64,000 nt of DNA from Lingula anatina (taxonomy: Eukaryota > Animalia > Brachiopoda). Under the pieces are notes generated by a model that saw only the letters and a list, made by a program, of their open reading frames with translations, searched no databases and was not told the origin of the DNA. The position numbers were made by a program, and so were the translations under genes. The stretch covers positions 5,960,954 to 6,024,953 of the forward strand of contig CM120644.1 of NCBI GenBank assembly GCA_051362555.1, written 5' to 3'. Positions 12,771-27,158 of this stretch are shown here, piece by piece. The first letter of the stretch is position 1; every line of letters begins with the position of its first letter.

Positions 12771-14209
12771 TTTGACCGCCGTAGAGATCAATATTCCTGT
12801 GTCCGTGGCAGAGATGCTATTTCCTTTTAACGTCTTTTAGCACTCATAAAAAGGTCGACCTATATTTAAACAGGGTGCACGTGTTATATAGCGTGATACT
12901 AGTATGCATTGGTTATTAGTTCGGTTAGTGGAAAATGCAATTGACTCTATGAACAAACCTTCTGCTAATGTTTTATTGTATTAAGAAAACTGACCACTTT
13001 CAGAGTAGTGATAACAGTATGTGCCCACACACTAAGATAAGCTGGTTGTTCAGAATAATCAAAGAGAAGTACACTGTACCCCTTGGATCTTATTGTATTT
13101 TAAAATCACCATTTTTTTACTGAGTAAGAAGTAAAGTTAGGTGATACCTTTTTTGTTCTCTGTTATGTGCAATTCATGATTAAAAAACAGCGGCAAATTA
13201 TGTCAGATGGTAAAATATAATGTGCCGGTAGTGTTATATACTTGACAACTCAACCGTCTTCACTATTTATTGAAAAAAAGATACAAGTGGGGTGAGCAGT
13301 TCAGTGAGCGCCTTTAAATATAATATAAATTAGCAATCATGTCACGTTTTCAGCACAAAGATGCCAGTACAACATTGACATGTGCATTAATATTTACAAT
13401 TGATTGTCCGGGCAAATTTCCTTTGCATAAAAATCTGGTATAGTTTAGAATTAGCCATTGGTTTGACAACAGCTTTTTGCTTGTCATTATCATAAAATCT
13501 GCGCCTTCAATTAAACTTCTTTTCTCTCCAATTTAAAGTCTTTAAATGATACTCAGGGGGGAAAGGTCAATAGATCAAGCTTGAATTGAGTCAGTATCTT
13601 ACCCAGTATGGCGTCATGCATGTCATGCTGCCCTTTTATCAAAACAAGCTATCTGCTCGTTGGGATGTTCATTTTTTCAAAAGTCAAATCGCCGCTATTA
13701 TTTTACCTAATCATACATTTTGTTTTTTGTGTCCTCCTCTTTGGCCTTGTTTATCAAGACTGTACATACATCCTTACAGAACCTGGGGCAACTCCACATT
13801 TGACATTTGGAATGGCAAAGATTACTTACAACTAAAACGGACAATTAGTGAACCGCTTTGGCTCTCATCGTGCTCTGTAAGGACGCAGGTGAAGTCAAAC
13901 GTAAACTCAGTGTGAAACAGAATGAAAATAACAGCATCTGAAATCAGCTTACCAGAAAAATACAGGGCTTGCTTATAAAAAAAGCGTAGTAAATAAACTA
14001 GAAAACCATTCAGAGGGCCAATGCAGACCTTTACCAAGGCAAGTCAATAATCACCATCGTTTTCATTTATTAATTATTTATTAAACCATATATTTGAGAT
14101 AATACAATGTACACCGTCGACCAAGCGAAATCTAACATGCAGTCAGGCCCCATTCATGTATCATTTAACATACGGAGAGAAAGGTCTTTCCGAAAAGCAG
14201 TTATATATA

Positions 14210-17200
14210 CCGTACTAGGATTAAGAATGTGTACATTTACCCCGTGGACCATTTGAAGATTACACTGCGATTAATGCGGTGGAAAATACAATAGAGAGAG
14301 TGTATAATGATAGGGTCGCTAAACGATTGTTGACGACATATAGTTACTAGCCTAATCCCCTGGTCGCCTGGGTAGCCACGCCCCCTTAGAGTACTTATGT
14401 AAACAAACGGTCTCCCGTAGCGAACTATCCTTTTGTTCAACAGCTTCGCGAGTGCAGCTGATTATGTATGTAATGACACTATAGGTAACTGCGTATAAAT
14501 TTGTGCTAGCCGTTATTAGATTCATTCTGCTGTGTCGGATGTTGTGGGTCAGCCCACTGGTTCGTTGACTTATGTTTTTCTGAAGATTGGTGGTGCAGAT
14601 TTTGAGTGCTTAATTATTTACCCTCCTTCTAACAAGAGAAAGGTGAAGGGAGATAAAAAGAGAGAGTGTCAAATGAAACGGGTAATGAGTAATACATTAC
14701 ATTAAATAAATCGAATCGCGGTGGAAGAAACGATAGACTGTTTTGCATCAAGGTATGCCATTATAATCCGACATGGCCCATAACATGATCCATAACATGA
14801 CTCATTGTTGTATGCCTTATATTTGTGCCGACTTATATTTTACTCCCTTTCATTTCGTGAAACTATTTCCTTGAATAAAGTTTTGCCTGTATAAATTAAC
14901 TTTGTGACATGAAGTAATTAATAAAACGCACCTGTTGAAAAGGGGGCTTTTCGTAACTAATAAAGGTTCACTATTTAGAAACATATCGTCGCCGTTCGTC
15001 GCCGCTACCTTCAGGAAAGCGTACCCTCCGCGTGGATCACCGGCATTTTTGATTATCTGACAAATTAGGGCAATTTTAGTTTTAGCTAATAATTCTGAAT
15101 TTACTAGTATTTTGGACTAAATTCGATGTCAGATTCATAGCAAGGACGGAGAGCCGCCAGAGTAACTGTTTAATTTTCTAAACTAATCAAACTAGAACGC
15201 GTGGCGATAAAATGTGTCGCTAGATCTTGTAAACACTCAGCGAAATGCACCTAGTGACTATATTCAATGTGCCGTCACTTAATTGCTTTCTCGATTTCAT
15301 TAATTGACGATAGTAATTGCAGATAACAAGGAAGAGGAAATGCTGAAGACAAAACAAAGTCGGGTCTTTGTGTGACTTTCTCCCTAAACACTTTTTATGT
15401 TGCTGTCAAAGAAAAGATAGCGATTATTTAAACCACTGCTGCTGCTTTTGCAGGTAGACTTCCTCGTTTAACATTTAAATGCTCCCCTGACCCAGCAGAC
15501 CCAACTTGATGCATGTACGTCTTGGTAGCTATAGTACAGATCTTGGTTCAAGTAATGAAAGGTTTAAGCACAAAACGATAATTTGAGGCTATTTTTTCAT
15601 TCAAGACAAAATAAAGCATCTATGGTGTGTGACAATAGGGACTTTACAAAGCTTAATTTGTCCTTAAATATATATTCCAGTAGCATAGGCGAGCGACGTA
15701 ATTGTAACCTCAACTTGAGGTATCCTCGATGAAAGCGGAGTACAAAAATTAACTTTTTTAAATATCGATTACAACATGCTGTACAATGATATTGAGACTA
15801 AAGGGTTTAATGGACTTCTTTGCCTTAAAAGCAATTCATTTCAAAATTAAAAGATAAAGTTTTTTTCGTGGAGCGCGGGTACACAGTTTACGTCAGGTGA
15901 TTCGTTAAAGTCGAGGAGTGTTTCACTATCAAATGTGTAAATCATATATGTCATAAAAAACTATAAGAAAGTTTTTTGTTACGATCTGCAACATTTGTTC
16001 ATTTATATAGCAGGGCGAAGTTAAAGCCAGAGGTAAATAGAACCTAATACCGTAATCCTCCTCGTCCATTTATTTAAATCGTATCAAAACGTTTGATACA
16101 CATTGTTCATTAAATTCATAATTTTTGCGATTTATTAAAACCATATTGGTACATAAAAGTTTAAGATTAGCATAAGTTAAGCAACAACCAGTATGAAGAA
16201 CAACACCCTTTTTAAATGAGGCAAGACACCCTCTTCACACTGATTATAACCTTGAGAAAGACATTATGCAACTTAAGGCAAAGGAGTTATGCAAAGTTCT
16301 TTCAACTCGTGTGTGAATACAACACATTCTTTGTCACTTTTACAAGACAATGGAGGCCAGCAAGTAGAGTAATTACAATATACAATAAAAAGGACATTAG
16401 TATAGAAAGCTTACTTCGGGTCAGCCCTTTGCTTGTTCGAATGAAAGAGATAGATATCGCGCCGCGACTCCCTTTATTAAACCTTCGTGTGTTTGTGTAA
16501 AAGTGTGAAAGACAGGCAACGGTCTTTAGTCGCTGTTGATATTGTTCGCGATTAATACTGAAGTATAACTCCTTCGCCTGCATGTAAACGTGTTACTTTT
16601 CCTCATGTTCTCTATATTTCTTTTAGGTGGTTGAGACAATGGGATGAGATCGATAAAATTAAAGGTTAATCTAAACAATTAGATGCGATTTTTGTGAAAT
16701 GACTTATTAAGTGATGTGCATGTACCTAGCATGTTTAAATTCTTGAATTTCTAATTTTTTTAATCTTTCATACACGGCCTCATATATGTATTACTCTCAG
16801 GCCTTCGATATTATTGTGTTACACGGGACTCCTGGAAACCTGAAGCACAGGTCTTGTTATCCTTCATGCAGTTTTATGGCTGGGATGAACACTGCGAAGT
16901 AGAAACAGGCTTTACTTAGCTTTACTTGATGCACGACAGTTTAAACAAAACCAGTCTGCAAGGCTTGCTTTGATTTGGCGTTAACCTTACACTGGTTTTA
17001 AAAGAACAAATATAAATATGTTCGATGGATTAAATGCCGGCTTCGTTATATTTTAACTAAATGCGTTCGTTTGCACAGTTACACAGATAATATTTTTACG
17101 TTGTCTGTCGTTCAGCACGCATTATAGGCGACGGTAAATAGTGACGGTGATCATTCCAAGCTCAATCTTGGCAAGTATCGTTTACAAAATAGATCATGTT

Positions 17201-18576
17201 GAATAAACTTAATTACGCTTTAATAAATAATCAACACACGGTTCGGTTATTGTCACTTGAAAGCTTTCGATCAAAGACGTTCAATGAAATCACAAATCAT
17301 TTGACGATTAAAAATGGACATGTTCAAGGGGCAGTTTTTGTTTCAGCTAAAAGGACTTCAAGTTCAGGTAGAGGGTTCAGTTACGTGTTTCATCGGATGA
17401 TAGCATCACGCCCTAGGTCTAAGCGAGTTGAATAGAAGCTTTTTATCCAAACATCCTATTCCTAACTACTGAGTTAGGGCAAAGGTCTAGTAACATGCAC
17501 TGTGCAATTACTATTAATGGATCAGATGCATACTTGATTGTTTTTCCTCTGGTGTCGCACGTATGCATCCTTTCTTGAGTGATCTAAAACAAGTCGCTAC
17601 CATGTTTCTCACTGTAGCAAAATATGTTCGACATGGCGTTTCTGAACGGCAGCCGGAGACACAGTAATTGTATAGGCATGCTTTAAGCTTGTTCGAGAGA
17701 TAATAACAGTCGGGTTTAACAATAGATAGCGAGCTATAGTAAGACCCCCTCCTCTTTAACTGATGATTTACACTTTTAATTGACCGTACTTTCGTATATT
17801 GTATGATCATACAGCCAGACTTCCCCCTGTTGCACGTTGTAGTTGGATTGTCATTGCGCCTATGTCAATGCACCTCATTTAATTTCAATATTATAATATA
17901 AGCATAATATAAGTAATATGTTATTTCCTTATTCCTCTTTCATTATCATTCATGTTTTATAAATACTTGAACGCTTGAATGCAGATATTTCAAATTAAAA
18001 CGTAAGTACATAAATAATTTATACATTTATAAATTAATGCAATAGGAATTTTTTTAGAAAGATTGATGCTGACGCTCATGCATTTCAACCAAACAAACAA
18101 TAATTAGTTCAATTTTTGACTGCGGAAATTTCATATAGGATGAAATTACTGATAACAAATTTAACTAGCAGTTTGTTAGCAACACTAAAAACCAGCTCCG
18201 CGTGCCAAACTTGTGAACAAAAGGACAGTTCGCTTCGCGTGGCACACCTTAGCATGGGTTTAGCCTCTTCAAGCTATAATCCTTTCGCCGCAACAAACAA
18301 TAGGGACCTTCTGGCTGATGTATCCTGCTGTTAATTACACCTAGTTACAGCGGATTGTCACGCTCGCGCTGGGCCACAGAAACCGGCGTCATGGGGTTCA
18401 CTCGTCTTAAGTATTGTGTTATTCCACCTCAGCTATTGTGTTTGTGCGTTCGAATTTTGAAGGGATTTATACGGCCCTCCATTGTTTGTCCGCCCCCTTC
18501 TATTCACAAGATAGGGATTAAAACATTTCGAACGTTGTTACACCGGTGTACAACGGAAACAAAATTATTCCGACCA

Positions 18577-18579
<3 letters not shown>
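14210..18579. mobile_element. 4.4-kb insertion into a (TA)n site, unassigned, probably a decayed TA-targeting element
   Basis: Flanks are contiguous in the paralogous spacers (5880-5930, 10720-10790, 28270-28370). The right end CAGTGGTCGGAATAAT only weakly matches the left end. No recognisable ORF. Confidence 0.5.
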
Positions 18580-18657
<78 letters not shown>

Positions 18658-19022
18658 AGTATGTGTGTCTGTGGTTGATGAATGCACGCCGTTTGTGCCA
18701 TTGCTACTTTTACTATATTGTAGTGGTTGGAAGTAAGTATAATATGGGAAAGATTGCGCAGGTTACCTGAATTAAATATGAATGAGAAGCCAGAAAGGCA
18801 CGACAGGGCAGTTAGAGACGATGCAAGCAAACGGCGTTTGTGCAAGCCGCATTTTACTGATAAAATAGGTATAAATAGCACTCTGGTTCCCCACCAAAAT
18901 CTTAGTATTTGTTCCTTGGCAAATATCTGAACTATGTTAAAAATTTCATCAAACTCGTCCCTACATTTTGCGTAATGTTTATAATCGACAGGCAAATTAG
19001 GCTCCTTGGCGGTTGTAATAAC

Positions 19023-20422
19023 TTAATCAGCCAGTGAACCGTATACTTCGTTGTAAATGTTATTTGGGTCCTCGGTAAAAAAGAACTCAGCCATTGCATG
19101 CCCCAATTCGTCTTTGGTGATAAAGCCATCGTTGTTGTTGTCGATCAGGTTGAATGTTTTATGCGAATCCTCGGCGGAGAGGCATAAGCTATAGAAAAAA
19201 GCTTTGTACTCCTCTCTGGAAATGAGACCATCGCTATTTAAGTCAACGACAGCAAAAGCCCTGGACACCGCAGTCGAGAAAAGCTCCTCCCGGAAGTGTT
19301 TTTGGTTACACAACCCTTGAACCAATTCCACGTATTCTTCCTCCGATACCTTAGAAGCATTTTTCGTAATATATTCCCATTGCCTCAAGCGCTGATTTAG
19401 AATCTGCTCTGCTCTCTCATCTGAAAAACGAGCATTGTGTTCCATACATTTATTTATATTAATATCCACTCATATATAATGCATGTAACTCAGAATTTAT
19501 CTTAAAATCAACGCTACGTTGGTTGTCTTTTAGTGTTTGTAAAAATTAAATTGATCTAAAATGAGAGGCAGAGAAAGAACATACATATATTAACTTTTTT
19601 TCATGCAAGGTACAATAATTAAGTACATTAATCTGTTTTAGTTCATAAAATAATATGGCTAAAATTGAATTTGCAACAGAAATGTTATTTTACTTATTTT
19701 GATTATTCAACAATTTGAAACAAATTAGCCTACCGCCAAGGTCCAAATACTCTGCACAACGTTTCGCACTTATCACGTAATCTTCTTTTGTGATGTAGCC
19801 GTCACTGTTGACATCAAAACACCTGAAATATGTACGTAATTTCCGCTTCCAGTGTTCAGATCCAGTCAACGGCGGGTAGTCCATTGGAGCCTGAAAGTTG
19901 TTCAAATACCAGTTCATGTGTACATGGAAAACGGATAAAGAAAACAAAAAATAAAGTTTATTATATTACTTAAAAAAGAACCATACATTGGAGGATAGAA
20001 CACAAATAGTTGCAATATATTCAAGCAAATAGTTGCACATAAAAAAGTAACACATGGTATATCCTGCCGAAACCAAGTGAAGAGGAACAACGATTGTTGA
20101 TCACAAATATATATATTGGAGTATTGCCTGTTTGTTTTAAGTATCCCCAGTTCAAACCTTGTTTGAAGAGATATTTATGTTTACCAAAGTACCTCAGCGC
20201 ACATACAGATCCATTCGCTCTCTTTTTAATTACCCTTTTCAACTGTATCTGTTGGTGTTTTAGTCCTCAGACAGGAAAACTAAGTGGAGAAAATTTTAGA
20301 ACGAATTCATGTTGCAAAACCTTCCCCAACCGCCTGGTAGCCGGCATAACCCTTGCTAGCTCTTGACACATCAGTTGCATAATTCTTATCAACCCCCTAC
20401 TCACCTGGAAAACCTGAGCCAT
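19023..20422 (-). CDS. EF-hand SCP-like gene 4 (subtype A). Ancestral exon 1 (20422-20234) has TGA at codon 52; alternative micro-exon 20422-20405 splices in frame to exons 19890-19734 and 19420-19023
   Basis: CGA>TGA at 20269-20267. New CAG|GTGAGT after codon 6. Exons 2-3 are intact with three EF loops. Confidence 0.75.
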
Positions 20423-21388
20423 GTTGTCCGCCGTAGAGATCGCTATACCTGTATCCGTGGCAAAAATGTTCTTTCGTTTAAACGTCTTTCAGCGCTTAAA
20501 TAAAGATCGACCTATATTCATGCATTACCAGGGTGCACGTGTTATATAACGTGATACAATTATCATAAGTTATCAGTTCGGTTACTGTAAAAATGCAATT
20601 GCCCTTGTGAATAAAACTTCAGACTGCTAAATTTTTTTAAAGAAAATTAACCACTTTCAGAGTAGTGAATACAGTATGTGCCCACACACTTAGATAAGCT
20701 GGTTGTTCAGAATAATCAAACAAAAGAACCTTCTTGTTTTATTTTTTAAAGCTAACCTGAAGGTTTGTGTTGCGTAAATAGTAAAGCAAGGTTATCCATT
20801 TTCTGTTCTCTGTTATGTGCAATTCATGCTAAAAACAGCGGCCAATTTTATCAGATCGGAAAACATAATGTACCGGTTGTGTTATGTACTTGACACATCA
20901 ACTGTCTTCAGGCTTTGTTAAAAAAAAGATAGATGTAAAGTGGGGTGAGCAGTTCAGTGGGCACCTTTAAATATAGTATAAATTGGCAATCATGTCACGT
21001 TTTCAGCTCAAAGATGCAAGCACAACATTGACATGTGCTTTAATATTTAAATATGTTTAATGAGTTGGTTAAAATCTGTGATATTTTGAGATACCTCTAT
21101 CATTTTAAGTGGGAGAAGAACATTTTACTTTTTATTCACGTTTCAGAAAAGTTCAATGGATCAATCACTCTCCTATATAGTGAATAAAATAATATTACAT
21201 ACAAGTATGGCCCCCAGGTGCATTGTCCAAAAGGTGTTTGTCTGTTGATACCCTGAATTGGGCCAACTTACAGTGACCCATCTCCACCGTGTCCATTTTT
21301 GAGATTGTTTTGACGTGTTCAAACTAGGGCTCGTTAGTTTTGCCGCTGGTCTAGCTAATTTGCTTATTACAGTATTTTAAAACAGCAT

Positions 21389-21448
<60 letters not shown>

Positions 21449-22691
21449 CGTTCAGTTTTAAGAAATAATACATCTCAATGAAACATCTCAGCACTCTCAA
21501 CAAATATTATCACAATACAAATTAAATCAAGAACTTCAAAAATTTAAAAATAATGCAATCGAAATAAAAGCCAAAGCGAGAAGGGACACTAATCAGTAGT
21601 GTTCTTATAATATTTTTTATTTTTCTCTTGAAGCTGCATATATCATAGGTGCCGTAAACATTAAAGGACATGGGCCTTTTTGCTTAAATCGGATCAAAAG
21701 ATTATAAAAATGCAATCACAACTTCTTCCCCCATATGTTATAGAACCCTTTTGTTTCTTTTCACTTTAGGATAATCTGTCCACTTTTAAAAATTATGTTT
21801 AATCTGAGCAAATGACATATTGTATATCCACCAATATCAACTCGGCTAAAACATAATTTGTCAAGGATTCAGCAGGCAAGCCCCTACATACACTGTATCA
21901 TCAACATATCGTCAAACTATCCTTCATCACCGAAGATGACTGACTGAGTTGATCGAACCGGAGGCGTGTCTCAGACAGGCTGTGAGACTGGGTTCCCATC
22001 CCTAGATCGATCTAACAGGATTGGCCCATCTTGGTACAGAGTTTATAAATATTGATGATGGAAGGTATAAACCAAACTTCAGTCTCTTAATTGGCATGTC
22101 TTCTCTAACTTCTTTTAATCACATCATAAAATTAAAGAAATACAAAAATTTATAACTAAAGAAAACAAAATAAAAGCCATAGTGTTGTAGCATCCTTTAA
22201 ATGACTTTTTTCTTTTGAAGCAAAATGTATCATTGACGAAAAATCGATCTATTTTAGTTGAATTTGTTACCTTGATCTCTATTTTCCAATGGGAATTGCT
22301 AGTTCCTACAATGGTTCTTAAAACCAAATTGTGTAATTTATCCATGCCGACCGTCTATTTGGTTTTTTTTTTTCTAACATTTAGATTTCATATAAATAAC
22401 TTTGATATATACATGTCAAATATGTACAATCCAATATACCTCGTACTTTACAGCAATTATTTTAACAATTATTTTCATTGGAACAAAACTATACGATTTA
22501 AAGCAATGTGCATTGAAAGGTTTATAAATCTGCCACAGTGACTCCGACATTGGAACGAACCATTCCAAATTCTTGACAAATATTGTAATAAGGCTACACC
22601 CATTAGATTATCTTCATGGTCGTATAGTAGATATGACATTACTGGTTGAACTTGTTGACATTCAAAAGGCATGCATTATTTAAGTCAGTAT

Positions 22692-23904
22692 CTAATCAGC
22701 CAGTAGTCCGAATATTACGTTGTATTTGTTCTTTGGGTCTTCAGTAAAGAAGAACTCGGCTAAACCATGGGCAATCTCGTCAATGGTTATAAATCCACTT
22801 TTGTCTATGTCCAACAGGTCAAATATTTTCTTCGACTCTTCTTCAGGGATGTTAACGCTATAAGCCGAAGCCTTGTGTTCATCTCTTGAGATCAGACCAT
22901 CGCTATCAAGGTCCAAAGCAGTAAAATGCATGGACACATGTAAGGGGAAAACCTCGTGTCGGTAGCTTATCTGATTAAACACCATTGGGGCCGATTTAAG
23001 ATATTCTTCCTCTGATATCTTGGAAGCACCCTCTTTCATTTTTGAAGTTGAATCCCACATAGCAATACGCTGATTCAACATATGCTCTGCTCTCTCATCT
23101 GAAAAAAGCGAGAAGAGATTTTTAAATTGATATATTTTTCTATCCAACTGTAACTATCGTTTAATCCACATTCTGCCAGTCAAAGTTCTATAAAATAAAG
23201 CTGTATTTGAGGATTTTGATGTGTTATTTATTTATTTAAACAGTAAAAAGATATAAACACCTGTATTGTATAACATCTTTGCTTGTTGCAACAAGTGATT
23301 GTTACATTTATCTCGTGATGATATTTTCCCCATGAAAACATATTGCAAAATGCAAACCTGCAACAGATGCATGTTTCCCTATTTCACAAGTCATAATTTA
23401 CCAGTTAGTTCAAACCAGTTAGCCTACCGTTAAGGTTCATGTAGTCGGCGATGCGTTTTGCACTTATCACGAAGTCTTCTTTTGTAATGTAGCCGTCACC
23501 GTTTACATCAAAACACCTGAAAAATGTGCGCATCTTCCGTCTCCAGTGTTCAGTTCCAGTGACCGGCGGGTACTCCACTGGAGCCTGGAAAGTGTTCAAG
23601 TATGTTGGGAATTGGATTTTGAAAGTAGAAATGTCTAAGTCTCTGCAATTGAAGATTAGTGCATAGTACATAGTACATGTATATAGGAACTGTTCGGTAC
23701 GATCCTTCTCACCTTTCTAAACTGTATCACATGTTTTTTTAGTCCCCGGGTAGGTAAGATGAGCGGAGAGAATTTTGGAACCAACCCATGTTGCACAACC
23801 TTTCTCCACCTCTGGGTAGATGACATAAGACTTGTTAACGCTTGACATGGGTGTACCTGTATGATTCTTAGTAATCCTCTACTAGCATTGAAAATCTTAA
23901 ACAT
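22692..23904 (-). CDS. EF-hand SCP-like gene 5 (subtype B); exons 23904-23713, 23584-23428, 23098-22692; 251 aa
   Basis: Intact ORF across canonical splice sites. Leader MFKIFNASRGLLR...IQFRK. Loops DVNGDGYITKED, DLDSDGLISRDE, DIDKSGFITIDE. Confidence 0.9.
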
Positions 23905-25767
23905 GTTGACCACAATTAAAATTAATATTTCCGAGTCAGAAAAATGTGTCTTCCCGCTTTGAAGTGTGCAATAAAAGACGTTCTTTACTATCAACATGTC
24001 GACAGATTGTATATTGTAAGATGAACGTGAGTATTATGTACAAAGACCGATAGTGTTACAATGAGGCCAGACACGATGGATTCATTGATTAACGAAAATG
24101 ACTAACCCAAACGTAATTAAAACGTATTTGCAACCATTCTTGTAATGGTAAGTGGAAAAATTACAATTGACCCTTAGGGCAGTTGAATTTTTCCTACGAA
24201 AATCGACCACATAAAACAATTTATAAATAAAAGCAAACGCATTAGTTAAGCAAGGTGATCCATTTTCTGTTCTCTGTTATGTGCAATTCATGCTTTAAAA
24301 ACAGCGACCAATTTTGTCAGATCGGAAAACATAATGTACCGGTATTGTTATGTACTTGACACATCAACTGTCTTCAGGCTTTGTTAAAAATGATAGATGT
24401 AAAGTGGGGTGAGCAGTTCAGTGGGCGCCTTTAAATATAGTATAAATTGGCAATCATGTCACGTTTTCAGAACAAAGACGCTAGTACAACATTGGCATGT
24501 GCTTTAATATTTAAATTTGTTTAAACGACTTGGTTAAAATCTGAGATATTTTGAGATACTTCTATCATTTTAAGTGGGAAAAGAACATATTTTACCTTTT
24601 TCACGTTTCAGAAATGTTCATTGAACCAATCATTCTCTTATATAGGGAATACAATACAATTACATTCAAGTATGGCCCCCAGGTGCATTATTCAAAAGGT
24701 GTTCGAGCTATCCCTTTGGTATATGCAGTATGGTTGGGGGGGGGGGGGTATCGCCTTTTGATACCCTGGATTGGGCCAACTTGCAATGACCCACCTCCAC
24801 CACGTCCATTGTAAGGTTGTTTTTAACATGTTCAGACTTGGGCTATTTAGTCGTGTCGCTGGTCTAGCTAACTTACCCATTATAATATTTTAAAACAGCA
24901 TTGATATATATGTTTCGTTGTATATATGTGCCGTTGTAAGAAATAATAACATCTCAATAAAACATCTAAGCACTTCAACAAACATTATCACATTATTAAA
25001 TCAAAAACTACAAAAACTACAAAAATTTTAAACTAATGAAACCGAAATAAAAGCAAAAAGGGACACAAGTAAGTAGTGTTCTTATAATATTTTTTTAAAA
25101 TTTCTCTCATGAAGCTACATGTATCATAGGTGCAATAAAAATTAAAGGACATGTGACTTTTTGATAAAATCGGATCAAAAGATCATAAAAATGCAATCAC
25201 GGCTCCCTTCTCCCCCCCCAATGTGTTTTAGAACACTCTTGTTTCTTTTTTACTTTAGGAGAATTTGTCCACTTTCAATAATTATTTTTAATCCGAGCAA
25301 ATGACGTTTTGTATATCAACCAACGTCAGCTCGACTAAAACATAATGTGTCAAGCATTCAGCAGGCGAACTCCTACATACACTGTATCATCAACATATCA
25401 TCAGGCTGTCCTTCGTCACAGAAGATGACCGACTGAGTTGATCGTGCCGGAGGCGTGTCTAAGAGACCAATCCCAGAGACTATCGTACTAAACCGTTAAA
25501 GCTCAAAGCAATTCAGAGAGAAATCCATTGGAGATGGGTCGATCCAGTCAGATCGATCTAGGCATGGCGACCCAGTCTCAGACAGGCTCTAATGTGGGCT
25601 GTGAGACCCGCTTTGGATCTGCAAAAACGCTGTAATCTATGGCATTAGAAATTGATTGAAATGGATATAGGGTGTCGATGGCCATGTGTACATTGATATT
25701 TTTGCTAGTTCTGGTATTTAAAAGCTGACAAAGTTTCCTCAACAGCAAGCCATCTCTCTCTTTGTAT

Positions 25768-27158
25768 TTAATCAGTTAGTGGACCGAACATTCCGTTGTA
25801 TGGGTTATTTGGGTCCTCAGTAAAAAAGAATTCGGCAAAAGATTGTGCAAACTCGTCAATGGTTATGAAACCATCTTTGTCGGTGTCAACCAGGTCGAAT
25901 AATTTCTGTGCTTCTTCTTCGGGGATATTTGAGCTATAACACGAAGCATTGTGTTCTTCTCTAGAAATGAGGCCATCGCTATCAAGGTCCACGGCAGTAA
26001 AATGCATGGATATATACTTGGGGAAAAGCTCCTGTCGGTAGCTTCTCTGATTAAACAGCACTGGGGCCGATTTTAGATATTCTTCCTCTGATACTTTGGA
26101 AGCATCTTCTGAACTTTTAGGAATACTTTCCCATACAGCAATACGCTGATTCAGCAAATGCTTTGTCCTCTCATCTAAAAGAAGACAGAATTGTAATGTA
26201 TCTGAATCTTAAGATATGTTATATGCTTATCTCAAAGGAACGAGAGAGAAACGAATATGTACTGAATGTCACTTGCAGGCTGCGATAATTTATGCTTTGC
26301 TCTGTGAGACAATTTTGCAAACTAAAAACTTACAACAGATGAATGCGATTGCCTATTACACAATTCTTCATTCATCAGTTTGCTTTAACCAATAGCCTAC
26401 CGTCAAGTTCCAAATACTCTGAACAGCGTTTCGCACTTATCACATAGTCTTCCTTTGTGAAGTAGCCGTTGCCGTTTCCATCAAAACACCTAAAAAATGT
26501 GCGCAGCTTCCGTCTCCAGTGATCAGATCCAGTCACCGGTGGATAGTCCACTGGAGCCTGAAAGGAGTTTAAGTACATGGAAACTGGATTTAGAAAAAAA
26601 AAAGATCTTAGAACATTAAATTTAAGAGCGTTATTCTCTGCATTAGAACATGATACCCTCTGTGTATAAGAAAAGAAATTCAATTTATCCAATTACTTGT
26701 GTATTTTAAAGCTCAAAAACACATGCGAATTATCGATAAAAGAAAGTTTAAAATGACGGTTTGTACCAAAGAGATACCGTGCGATCCATCTGCTGGCGTT
26801 TCATCATATTTGTATTTATTTGTTTTGACAAGCAACAATGCAGGCGCCTTGCCGTTTATAGTTAATAGAATACATGCGACAAAACCGAAATCGCTTAAAA
26901 ATTAAAAAATAAATGAATAAATAAAATCTAACTTTAGTTTAGTAGGAACAGTGTTTTTCAATCTTTCTCACCTTTCTAAACTGTATCGCTTGGTTTTTTA
27001 ATCCCCGTACAGGTAGGTTTAGTGAAGAGATTTTTTGACTCAATCCATGTTGCTCAACTTTACCCAAGCTCTGGGTAGATGACATAAGGCTCGTTAACCA
27101 TTGACATGGGTTTATGATTTTTTAGTAACCCCCCACTTGCCTGGAAAACCTAAGACAT
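25768..27158 (-). CDS. EF-hand SCP-like gene 6 (subtype C). Exon 1 (27158-26972) is disrupted but has an in-frame internal ATG at 27085; exons 26557-26401 and 26174-25768 intact. Truncated-leader gene or pseudogene
   Basis: ATG TCT TAG (stop at codon 3) and a +1 A in the run near 27118-27123 relative to gene 9. Splice sites and EF exons are intact. Confidence 0.65.

Noticed and set aside
20267-20269. TGA in gene 4 as selenocysteine or readthrough
   Set aside because: It replaces Arg (CGA) at a CpG, not Cys, and no SECIS was recognised. Simple deamination explains it.
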